Shown: positions 54,797 to 64,000 of the stretch, piece after piece
How the letters are laid out: the number at the start of each line of letters is the position of its first letter
How positions within the stretch are numbered: the first letter of the stretch is position 1
Translations under genes and position numbers: made by a program
The notes under the pieces: generated by a model
Databases searched by the model: none
What the model saw: only the letters and a program-made list of their open reading frames with translations
Told to the model about the DNA's origin: nothing
Assembly (NCBI GenBank): GCA_963842085.1
Contig: CAWJET010000001.1
Coordinates: forward strand, 2,272,001-2,336,000
Direction: 5' to 3'
Length of the DNA stretch: 64,000 bases
Source: an uncultured delta proteobacterium
GTDB lineage: Bacteria > Desulfobacterota > Binatia > Binatales > Binataceae

Positions 54797-56713
54797 CTAG
54801 GTTGACGACTCGCTCGCCGCGAGCTGGTCGCTGTCGATTTGTATTTTTGCCCGATCCTTGAGTTGATCGAGGAACTGCGTCCATGCCTGCGCGCGGCGCT
54901 GCTCGACGTATTCTTGCATGAACGATTTCTGCGCGCTCTTCCATTCGTCGTCGGTCGGCTCGGTGCGCGAAGTGACTTCGAACAAGTACGAATTGCCGCC
55001 GTTCTCCATCACGCGATCGATCACACCTGGAATTACGGGCACCACCGCGGCGGCGTCGGTCACCTCGGGAAACTCGCCGATGCCGGGAACTCGATGATCC
55101 GCGCGCAGGAACGGATCGACATTCTGGATTGCGAGCTTGTTCGCCGCGGCCGCTTTGTCAAAATCGGCCGGGCTCTTGATCGTGGCGAGTATCTTATCCG
55201 CCTGCCGGCTCGCATCGGCTTCGGCCGTGGCGCGAATCAGGGCCTCGCGCACCTGCGGTTCGATTTCCTTTAGCGCGGGGATTCGCGACGGCTGGCGCAC
55301 CAGCAGCTTGATCACGTACGGCGCGCCCTTCTCCGGCACCAGCGCCACCTGGCCCACGTCGAGCTTGAATGCCGCCTGCATCAGATCGCGGTCCTGCTCG
55401 GCACCGCCGGCGGGTTCGCCCTGCGCGAACAGCGGCGTCTCGACCGCGTCGATTCCGCGCTTCTTCGCCAGGTCCTCCAGCTTGGCGCCACCCAGCGCCG
55501 CCGCCAGGTCCTCTTGCGCCGCCGCGCGCCCGAGCTTCGCGCCCGCCTGCGTGCGCAGCTCCTCGATTATCTTGGGCTTCGCCTCGGCCAGGGTGTCGGT
55601 ATGCGCGGGCTTGATCTGCTCGAGCTTGACGATATGAAAGCCGAAGCGCGTCTCGACCATCGCGATCTGCCCCGGCTTCATCGCAAACACCGCGTCCTCG
55701 AACGGCTTGATCATCTGGCCGCGCCCAAACGTGCCGAGGTCGCCGCCTTCGAGCTTGTTGGAGGGATCGTCCGAATACTTCGCCGCCAGCTTGGCGAAGT
55801 CGCCCCCCGCTTGCGCCTGCTTGAGTACCTCGAGCGCCCTGGCTTTGGCCGCCGCCTTCTCCTTGTCGGTCGCGCCGGCGGGCACCGCGATCAGGATGTG
55901 CCGCGCGTGAACCTCGTCGGGATGGGTGAAGCGCTCCTTGACGTTGCGCTTATAGTAGTCCTCGACTTCCTTGTCGGTCGGCGTGTAATTCGCGGCCAGC
56001 ACCAGCGGTTCGTAGTGGACGTAGGCCAGTTTGATCCGCTCGGGCTCGCGGAACTGCTCCGTGTTCTTCTTGTAATAGTCTGCGATCTGACTCTCGGTCG
56101 GCGAGATCTTTGCGGTGAAGTCGCTGTAGGCCAGCTCGACGTAGCGCAATCCGATCTTTTCGTTGGCCAGGTTGTAGGCGTGGCGCGCCTCGTCGTCGCT
56201 CACCTGCACGCCGGTGTCGATCATGTTGCGCAGCGTGTCGGCGATCATCTGATCGCGCTCGGCGGTTTCGTACTCGGCCGGCAACAGGTTGTTGTCGCGC
56301 AGCACGTCCTGATAGGTCTGTAAATCGAACTGGCCGTCGCGCTGAAAGACCGGCTCCTTGGCGATTTTATCCTGCAGCGCTGCGTCGCTGATGCTGATGC
56401 CGAGATGGCGTGCTTCTTCGCCGATCAGTTGCTGCTCGATCAGCCGCTCGACGGCTTCCTGGCGAATATTGATGGACTTGAGCACGGAGGGCGCCGCGGC
56501 GCCGTACATCTGTTGCACGGCCTGACGGAGGTTGGTGGCTTCGCGATCGACCTGATCGCCGAGTATCTGCCGGCCATCGACGGTCGCGACGGGATGAACG
56601 GTGCTGAACAGGCCACCGCCCCCGAAACCCCAGAACGCCATGGTAATCGCCAGGAAGGCAAAGGTAACTTGTACTTGCCACGAGTACTGGTAACGGCGGA
56701 TTCCTTCCAGCAT
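54797..56713 (-). CDS. ppiD: PpiD/SurA-type periplasmic chaperone with parvulin domain
   Basis: N-terminal TM; HARHIL, FAKLAAKYSDD, GGDLG.F..GQM..PFEDAVF, TRFGFHIVK. Confidence 0.88.
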   Translation of the reverse strand: MLEGIRRYQYSWQVQVTFAFLAITMAFWGFGGGGLFSTVHPVATVDGRQILGDQVDREATNLRQAVQQMYGAAAPSVLKSINIRQEAVERLIEQQLIGEEARHLGISISDAALQDKIAKEPVFQRDGQFDLQTYQDVLRDNNLLPAEYETAERDQMIADTLRNMIDTGVQVSDDEARHAYNLANEKIGLRYVELAYSDFTAKISPTESQIADYYKKNTEQFREPERIKLAYVHYEPLVLAANYTPTDKEVEDYYKRNVKERFTHPDEVHARHILIAVPAGATDKEKAAAKARALEVLKQAQAGGDFAKLAAKYSDDPSNKLEGGDLGTFGRGQMIKPFEDAVFAMKPGQIAMVETRFGFHIVKLEQIKPAHTDTLAEAKPKIIEELRTQAGAKLGRAAAQEDLAAALGGAKLEDLAKKRGIDAVETPLFAQGEPAGGAEQDRDLMQAAFKLDVGQVALVPEKGAPYVIKLLVRQPSRIPALKEIEPQVREALIRATAEADASRQADKILATIKSPADFDKAAAANKLAIQNVDPFLRADHRVPGIGEFPEVTDAAAVVPVIPGVIDRVMENGGNSYLFEVTSRTEPTDDEWKSAQKSFMQEYVEQRRAQAWTQFLDQLKDRAKIQIDSDQLAASESST

Positions 56714-56913
56714 TGAATCCTCATCATACTTTACCGCCTTTTCCGTGCGCAATTGCGCCCGGTTGCTTGCCTGCGCCGCCGGTCCTTGTTAGCGTGTCGC
56801 GCAGCGGTTAAGTTTGACGGACCCAAACGTCTCCGCCGAAGAATTCTTCAACATTTGGGCCGCGTCTTGGGGTGGTATTCGGGCCGGGGCTTGGCACCGG
56901 CATCCAGGCCTGA

Positions 56914-57978
<1,065 letters not shown>

Positions 57979-57979
57979 G

Positions 57980-58020
57980 CGACGCGCGGCATATCTGCTG
58001 AAGCTTGAGCCCGCGCGTCG
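57980..58020 (+). other. Intercistronic stem-loop between mreB and mreC
   Basis: CGACGCGCGG ... CCGCGCGTCG perfect 10-bp inverted repeat, no U-tract. Confidence 0.5.
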
Positions 58021-58032
58021 GGCTGTGTTGAC

Positions 58033-58881
58033 GTGAGAAGCAGCTTTCTCTGGCGCAACCGCGTGCTGCTGACCAGCGGCGCGCTGCTTATTCTGTCGCT
58101 TCATCTGATCTCGACCGGAGTCCATCCCGGCGACCTCGCCGCCGGTCCCGAGTCCGCATTCCTGGAAGTCATCAGCCCGGTCGATGCCGCATTCACACGC
58201 CTGGGCGACGGCGCTTCATCGATCGTGAGCGACTACCTGGACCTGCTGCGCGTGCGCGAGGAGAACGGCCACCTGCGTGACGAGCTGGCGCGGGTCAAGA
58301 GCGATCAGGCGCGCCTGGCCGAGCTCGAAGCTGAAAATCAGCACCTCGGCGAGTTGCTCGAACTCAAGGACGCGCTCGGCGCCAAGGCGGTGGCAGCCAA
58401 CGTGATCGGCAGCGACGCCACCGGGCTTTCACGCACCCTGATTCTGGCTTCGGGCACCAGCGACGGACTTCGTCCCGGCATGGCCGTGCTCGCCAATCAG
58501 GGCGTGGTCGGCAAGATCATCGCCGTCAGTCTGCACGCCTCGCGCGTGCTGTTGATCGACGACCACAACTCCGCGCTCGACGGTTTCGATCAACGCACCC
58601 GTGCGCGCGGAATCGTCGCCGGGCTGGTCGATGACGGATTGATCCTGAAGTACGCGGATCGCTCGCAGGACATCCGCGCCGGCGACACGGTGGTGACCTC
58701 GGGGCTCGACGGAATTTTTCCGCGCGGGCTGCTGGTCGGAACCGTCCAGAGCGTGCGCCGCGAAGGGCCGGGCCTGTTCCTCGGCGTCAGGATCACGCCG
58801 GCGGTTGATTTTCGCGAACTCGAGCAGGTGCTGATCTTGACCCAGCCGCCGCCTCACCTCGACGACCAGGCCAGGGACTGA
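58033..58881 (+). CDS. mreC: Rod shape-determining protein MreC
   Basis: TM + coiled coil; GVVGKI, VVTSGLDGIFPRGLLVG, PAVDF. Confidence 0.95.
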   Translation: MRSSFLWRNRVLLTSGALLILSLHLISTGVHPGDLAAGPESAFLEVISPVDAAFTRLGDGASSIVSDYLDLLRVREENGHLRDELARVKSDQARLAELEAENQHLGELLELKDALGAKAVAANVIGSDATGLSRTLILASGTSDGLRPGMAVLANQGVVGKIIAVSLHASRVLLIDDHNSALDGFDQRTRARGIVAGLVDDGLILKYADRSQDIRAGDTVVTSGLDGIFPRGLLVGTVQSVRREGPGLFLGVRITPAVDFRELEQVLILTQPPPHLDDQARD

Positions 58882-58886
58882 CCCGG

Positions 58887-59402
58887 TTGCGCCTCATCCT
58901 GCTGTTTGCGGCGTTCGCGGTGCTGGGATTGGCGTTTGAATCCGCGGTCCCGCACCTGGTCACGTTTCGCGCGCTCATTCCGAACCTGATCATTATACTG
59001 GCGGTCGATCTCGGCTTGCGTCATCACGGCGTCCTGCCCGCGATTCTGGCGTTCGCGATGGGCTACGCGACCGACGCCCTGGCCGGCTCGCATCCCGGCC
59101 TCAACGCCTTCATGATGACAACGGTTTTCCTGGTGAGCTACGAGATTTCGACGCGCCTGATGGTGACCAACGCGTTCGTCGGCGCGACGGTGGTGTTCTT
59201 GAGCGTGATCGCGACGGCGCTCGCCACGGTTGCCATCGCCAACGGATTCAAAGCACTTTCCGACACCGGCGCGATGCTCCCGGGACTGGCGCTCCAGGCA
59301 CTCATCTCAGCAATCGTGGCGCCGTTCATCTTCGCGATGCTGGCGGCGAGCAAGCGGCTGACGGGATTGCCTGACCGCGCCGCCCGCGACAGCCGCGCCT
59401 GA
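58887..59402 (+). CDS. mreD: Rod shape-determining protein MreD
   Basis: Polytopic; PNL, G..D, GLNA; synteny with mreBC. Confidence 0.88.
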   Translation: MRLILLFAAFAVLGLAFESAVPHLVTFRALIPNLIIILAVDLGLRHHGVLPAILAFAMGYATDALAGSHPGLNAFMMTTVFLVSYEISTRLMVTNAFVGATVVFLSVIATALATVAIANGFKALSDTGAMLPGLALQALISAIVAPFIFAMLAASKRLTGLPDRAARDSRA

Positions 59403-59778
59403 GAGGTGATTGATTCTGCTCAGTAGCTCACGGGAAGGGAATGCTCAATCGCGCGCAGGAAAAGTCCTACACTCTATACGATTCTCACTTTAGTCTTCGC
59501 TATCATGCTTACTGAACAGTATACGAATCAGCTTATTGGACCATCGAAAAAGCAGCGCGAGAGAGATTCCTACGAAAAGGCAATCTCAATTTAGCTTGAC
59601 CTTCAATCTACGGAGCAATTCATACGAATCGATATACGGTACTTTGAACTGGTCGCATACGTTTGGGACTTTAGCGACCAGAGAATTCGCAGCGACCTTA
59701 ACCTCCTGAGTAACTACCGTTCCTTCGTCCACTAGCTATTTCTCCACGACCCTCAGGCAAGGTTCGACCAGCTAATGT

Positions 59779-61074
59779 CTAGTAGCACATCCAGAAACAA
59801 TGTGTCCCGCAGCAGTTCTTGCCGGAGGCTACTCCACTGTCTTTAAAGCATGGAGCTTCACTGGATCGAATTGCTTTGAGACTGGTCAAGGTAGCCTCAG
59901 TCAAAGCGGTGCTGCCCAGATCCGCATATGCCCAATTGACATCCGCCAAAGTAGCCCCGTTCAATTGCACCCGCACTAAGTTCGTAGCGCACAACTTAGC
60001 ATTCGTCAGATTTGTGTTGGTGAGATCTGCGCCGCTCAGGTCGGCCCCTTGCAGTTGGGCTCCTTTAGCGGACGCTGATTTCACTGTGGCGCCGCTGAGG
60101 ATCGATGACACCAGGTAAGCACCGTCGAGATTTGAATTGCTGAGGTTCGCGCCTTCCAAATTAGCATTCCACAGCATCGCACCCGATAGATCGAGGGAGG
60201 ACAGGTTGTGAGAGTGCAAATCAGCATTAGTTAGATTTAATGAGAACTTCGGCAAAAGGCCCGGAAAGAGTAATGCGATTGCTGCAACAATAAATGCGCT
60301 TAATGTTACAACTACGAAGCTGCATCGATAGGTCACCTCCGTCCACTTCCACTCGTGTGCGTGCGGTTCAACCACGCGCCGTCCGATAAGAACGTCAAAG
60401 AGAATAGTCGCAGCCATGCTTATTGGAATGACGCATGAAGCGGGCGAAAGGGAATGCCGAGGCCCCTTGATCAGCGACGAAGCGAAACCGACCAGGCCGT
60501 AGCGTAGCGAAGGCGTCTGCGGTACCTTTAAGGCTTCGTAACAGAAAAACAAGAGGGTCAAGGGACCTATCAGATAGAGGACGAACACGCTCGTCACCGA
60601 GGCCAGTCTTGTGGGAAGATTGAAGATCAACGGCGGTTTCGACATTGGCGGCACCTCGATTCTCGCGCGAACGGCTTGCTGGGTCTCAACTCTGAGCAAA
60701 TGCCACCAGTGTCCAACGTATATGTGTACGTATAACAGCAAGACTGCAAGTGTGAGGGGTGCAATTATGAGAAAAACCTGAAAGGATACGAGACCTTGAA
60801 GGAAGGGTAGCTGGATCGATGGGTCTGCGGACAGCAGCTTGGTGTCAGGTGCCGATAAGGCTAAGGCACAAAAGAGACAGAAGCTAACGAGCACCAATAC
60901 CGTACTGTTGATTATATCAGACGTCTTTTCAAATTGGTCCTTCAGGTCTTCGCGAGAGAGGGTTAGAACCTCTTGTGGGAGCGGCTCCGGTTGCAGAACC
61001 TGACTGAATTTCGAACTAAGACGATTCAGTGTGAGCATTGTGCGACCGGAGACCACTGTGGCCTTGTCACTCAT
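59779..61074 (-). CDS. Multi-TM protein with C-terminal pentapeptide repeats
   Basis: Hydrophobic N-terminal 270 aa; A(D/N)LxG repeats; lower GC than flanks; antisense within the mre operon. Confidence 0.85.
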   Translation of the reverse strand: MSDKATVVSGRTMLTLNRLSSKFSQVLQPEPLPQEVLTLSREDLKDQFEKTSDIINSTVLVLVSFCLFCALALSAPDTKLLSADPSIQLPFLQGLVSFQVFLIIAPLTLAVLLLYVHIYVGHWWHLLRVETQQAVRARIEVPPMSKPPLIFNLPTRLASVTSVFVLYLIGPLTLLFFCYEALKVPQTPSLRYGLVGFASSLIKGPRHSLSPASCVIPISMAATILFDVLIGRRVVEPHAHEWKWTEVTYRCSFVVVTLSAFIVAAIALLFPGLLPKFSLNLTNADLHSHNLSSLDLSGAMLWNANLEGANLSNSNLDGAYLVSSILSGATVKSASAKGAQLQGADLSGADLTNTNLTNAKLCATNLVRVQLNGATLADVNWAYADLGSTALTEATLTSLKAIRSSEAPCFKDSGVASGKNCCGTHCFWMCY

Positions 61075-61583
61075 TTTCTATCAGACTGCAGTGCGACCGA
61101 CAAATGGCGCTGGACCGACGCGATTGCGCGCGGCCTCGCTACCCGGGCACGATTGGCGTGATGCCGCGCTTCGGGGAGCGCCGCGGGCGCTATTCGTGCT
61201 TACGATCGCAAATCTCAAGCGCGCGAGAATGCTCGCGCTCGATGACGATATGGCGGTGCTGCGCGCACAATTCGATCTGCCGAACGTGTCGGCCAGCGGC
61301 GTCCATCTTCTCGGCGATCAGGCTGGCGCACTCACTCAGTAGATGACGCACACTTCGTCGCTAGAGCATGAGCTGTAACCCACGGGTCAGCCTTAGCAAG
61401 AAAAATGTCTGCCCGAGGTTTTGGGTATTTCCTCAGAACATAGTCACTGCTTTCGGCGACCGCCGCCTGTTCCTTTTTTTCGTACTTCTATGAATAAAAG
61501 CGGAGATACGGCCAAGTCGTTGCAAGGCCAGTGTGCTGGGTTCGAGTAAACCGAGAAGTGCTCCCCAGGCGCCCTTTCCGAGG

Positions 61584-61660
61584 AACCCAACCCCGGCCTT
61601 TTCCCGCGCGTGAACGGGAGCAAAAATTCCTCCCGCGGCGGCCCTTGCGCAGGGAGAGGC
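61584..61660. repeat. Degenerate GGGAGAGG-type palindromic intergenic elements
   Basis: CCCAACCCCGGCCTTTTCCCGCGCGTGAACGGGAG followed by CTCCCGCG...GCAGGGAGAGG. Confidence 0.35.
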
Positions 61661-61789
61661 TGAAGCAGCCGGGATTCTCCGTCAGGAGCGATGGCGCTGC
61701 GCCACTCGCATCGGGGCATCGCCGCGACTACACTGATTCCATACAAAATGGATATCCCTGATAAGTCGTAGGGTCGGGAACCCATTTAA

Positions 61790-63679
61790 GTGGCGAAGTT
61801 CCACATCCCAAAAAGTAACCGGCCGGTGCCGCTCCTTGAGCCCCGGATCGCGGCGTTGACCGCCCTGATGTTCGCGATTCTCGGCCTGGTCTCGGTGCGC
61901 CTGTACTACCTGCAGGTTCTGCATCACAAGGAAAATGTCGAGCTGGCTGATCGCAACCGGATTCGCCTCCAGCGCGTGCCCGCGCCGCGCGGGCTGGTCT
62001 TCGACCGCAATCACCGTCCGCTGGTCGATACGAAACCGTCGTTCGACGCGCAAATCGTGCCCGAGGATTCCGACAATCTTTCGCTCACCATCGAAAGGCT
62101 CGAACGCTATACCGGCGCTGATGACATCGCAGACAAGATTTCCGACGCCGATGAGGAAGGCCGCCCGCCTTACGAACCCGTCACCGTCGCTGAGCGCCTG
62201 GGATGGCAACAGGTGGTGGCGCTCGAGGCGCATCAGCTCGAGCTGCCCGGCGTCAGCCTGCAAATCACCCCCGCGCGGCATTACCTCTACGGCGAGCTCG
62301 CCGCGCATCTGCTCGGTTACGTCGGCGAGGTGACCAAGAACGATCTTCAGGCGCACGACGATTACCACATGGGCGACGAGATCGGAAAATTCGGCCTCGA
62401 ACGCGTGTGGGAGGGCTTTCTGCGCGGCGACGCCGGCGGACAGGAGATCGAGGTTGACGCCGTCGGGCGCCGGCTCCGCGTGCTCAAGGAAATTCCCGAC
62501 CAGCCCGGCGAAAGCATCGTCATGACCATCGACCTCAATCTCCAGCAGGCCGCGGAGCAGGCGATGGCCGGCCGGAACGGCGCCTTCGTCGCGCTCGATC
62601 CCCGCAACGGCGACGTGCTTGCAATGGTCTCGCACCCGGCCTTCGACCCCGACATCTTTGGCGGTGGCATCAAAGCCTCGGCGTGGCGCGAACTGACCAC
62701 CGACCCGAACCATCCGCTGGAGAATCGCGCCATCCAGGGAATCTATCCGCCCGGCTCGACCTTCAAAATTGTCGATTCGATCGCGGGACTCGAGGAAGGC
62801 ACCCTGACTCCCGAAACGGCCTACAACTGCCCCGGTGGGATGTGGTTCGGCGGACGCGAGTACCATTGCTGGCGCAAGCAGGGTCACGGCACCATCGAGC
62901 TGCACGATGCGATCGTGCGCTCATGCGACGTTTACTTTTACAACGTCGGAGAAAAACTCGGCGTCGATCAGATTGCGAAATGGTCCAATCAGCTCGGCCT
63001 CGGCCTCAAGACCGGCATCGATCTCGATCACGAGAATCCCGGCACCATCCCGTCGTCGGCGTGGAAGCAGAAGCGCTTTCACGAGCGATGGTATCCCGCG
63101 GAGACGCTCTCGGTCGCCATCGGCCAGGGTTACGTCGCCACCACCCCGCTCCAGATGGCGCAGGTCGCCGCCCAGGTCGCTAACGGCGGCATCCGTTATA
63201 AGCCCCAATTCGTCAAGGATGTCGAGGGACTCGACGGCAATATCGCGAAATCGTATCCGCCGGTAATCGAGAACCGGATAAAGATCGATCCGGACGCGCT
63301 TGAAGTCGTCAAGGACGCGATGGCCGACGTCGTCAACGGTCCCGGCGGCACAGCGCATAAGGCCCACCTCGACGACGTCGTTGTATGCGGCAAAACCGGC
63401 ACGGCCCAGGTCGTCGGCGACAAGGGTCCTGCCGGCGAAGGCGAGGAGGAGGAAAAGAATACGCCCGAGCAGTTCAAGGATCACGCATGGTTCATCGCGT
63501 TCGCGCCCAAAGATCATCCGACCATCGCCGCGGCCTGCATCATCGAGCACGGCGGTCACGGCGGCAGCGCGGCGGCGCCCGTAATTCACGACGTTTTCCA
63601 GCGCTACTTCCAGCTCAATCCGCCCCCGCCCAAACCAGAAATAGCGCGCGTGCTCGAAGACAGCTCGCCATCCCAATGA
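61790..63679 (+). CDS. mrdA: Penicillin-binding protein 2
   Basis: PAPRGLVFDRN, YPPGSTFK (SxxK), SCD (SxD), GKTGTAQ, DHAWFIAFAP. Confidence 0.97.
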   Translation: MAKFHIPKSNRPVPLLEPRIAALTALMFAILGLVSVRLYYLQVLHHKENVELADRNRIRLQRVPAPRGLVFDRNHRPLVDTKPSFDAQIVPEDSDNLSLTIERLERYTGADDIADKISDADEEGRPPYEPVTVAERLGWQQVVALEAHQLELPGVSLQITPARHYLYGELAAHLLGYVGEVTKNDLQAHDDYHMGDEIGKFGLERVWEGFLRGDAGGQEIEVDAVGRRLRVLKEIPDQPGESIVMTIDLNLQQAAEQAMAGRNGAFVALDPRNGDVLAMVSHPAFDPDIFGGGIKASAWRELTTDPNHPLENRAIQGIYPPGSTFKIVDSIAGLEEGTLTPETAYNCPGGMWFGGREYHCWRKQGHGTIELHDAIVRSCDVYFYNVGEKLGVDQIAKWSNQLGLGLKTGIDLDHENPGTIPSSAWKQKRFHERWYPAETLSVAIGQGYVATTPLQMAQVAAQVANGGIRYKPQFVKDVEGLDGNIAKSYPPVIENRIKIDPDALEVVKDAMADVVNGPGGTAHKAHLDDVVVCGKTGTAQVVGDKGPAGEGEEEEKNTPEQFKDHAWFIAFAPKDHPTIAAACIIEHGGHGGSAAAPVIHDVFQRYFQLNPPPPKPEIARVLEDSSPSQ

Positions 63680-63695
63680 CCGGAGTGCAGCCCTG

Positions 63696-64000
63696 ATGGC
63701 GGCTGGCGATCGCAGGTTCATACTTCATTTCGACTGGACGTTGTTCGTCCTGGTGCTCGCGCTGTCGGGAATCGGGCTGGTCAGCGTCATCAGCGCGACA
63801 TACGCCGGGCACCAGACGTTGGACCCGCTGGTGATTCGCCAGTTGATTTGGATCGCGGCTGGAACCGCCGCGCTGCTTATCGCGGTGCTCGTCGATTATC
63901 GGGCGCTGCAGGCCTACGCCTACCCGTTTTACGTGCTGGTGATCGGACTTCTGATCGCCGTGATGGTGGCCGGGCATGCTACCGGCGGCTCGCGCCGATG
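63696..64000 (+). CDS. rodA: Rod shape-determining protein RodA (3'-truncated by window edge)
   Basis: MAAGDRRFILHFDW..GIGL..VISAT..RQLIW..DYR..GGSRR; follows mrdA. Confidence 0.92.
   Translation, partial: MAAGDRRFILHFDWTLFVLVLALSGIGLVSVISATYAGHQTLDPLVIRQLIWIAAGTAALLIAVLVDYRALQAYAYPFYVLVIGLLIAVMVAGHATGGSRR

Noticed and set aside
59380-61790. att-like duplication of the mreD 3' end near mrdA
   Set aside because: Only scattered short matches; nothing comparable to the rrf2 repeat.

Overview
GC-rich bacterial chromosomal window. The gene complement (mau cluster, F420/LLM oxidoreductases, tandem Crp paralogues, deltaproteobacterial-type mre and dnaX loci) suggests Candidatus Binatia or a relative; this is inference only. 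Core blocks: recC-recB-recD with a divergent WYL regulator, hldD, ampG, a mauBEDA amine-dehydrogenase cluster with two c-type cytochromes and no mauG, aguB-aguA, SRP RNA-dnaX-ybaB-recR, sodB, an Rrf2 regulator divergent from sulfite reductase-cysH, asnS, trxA, ppiD, and mreBCD-mrdA-rodA. The strongest candidate for an undescribed system is a ~1.5 kb integrase-free cassette (45154-46637) inserted into the 3' end of the Rrf2 gene. It is bounded by an 83-bp duplication whose five differences are all synonymous, and it encodes a Ser1 proteasome-beta-like Ntn hydrolase, an 82-aa protein and a 55-aa two-TM protein missing from the ORF track. Other notable items: a WYL sensor with a palindromic site facing recCBD, a frameshifted divergent aspartase-like lyase coupled to a BesD-fold oxygenase, a duplicated orphan gene flanking an AraC regulator, and an insertion splitting the mre operon. 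No CRISPR array, rRNA, tRNA, transposase or integrase was recognised.
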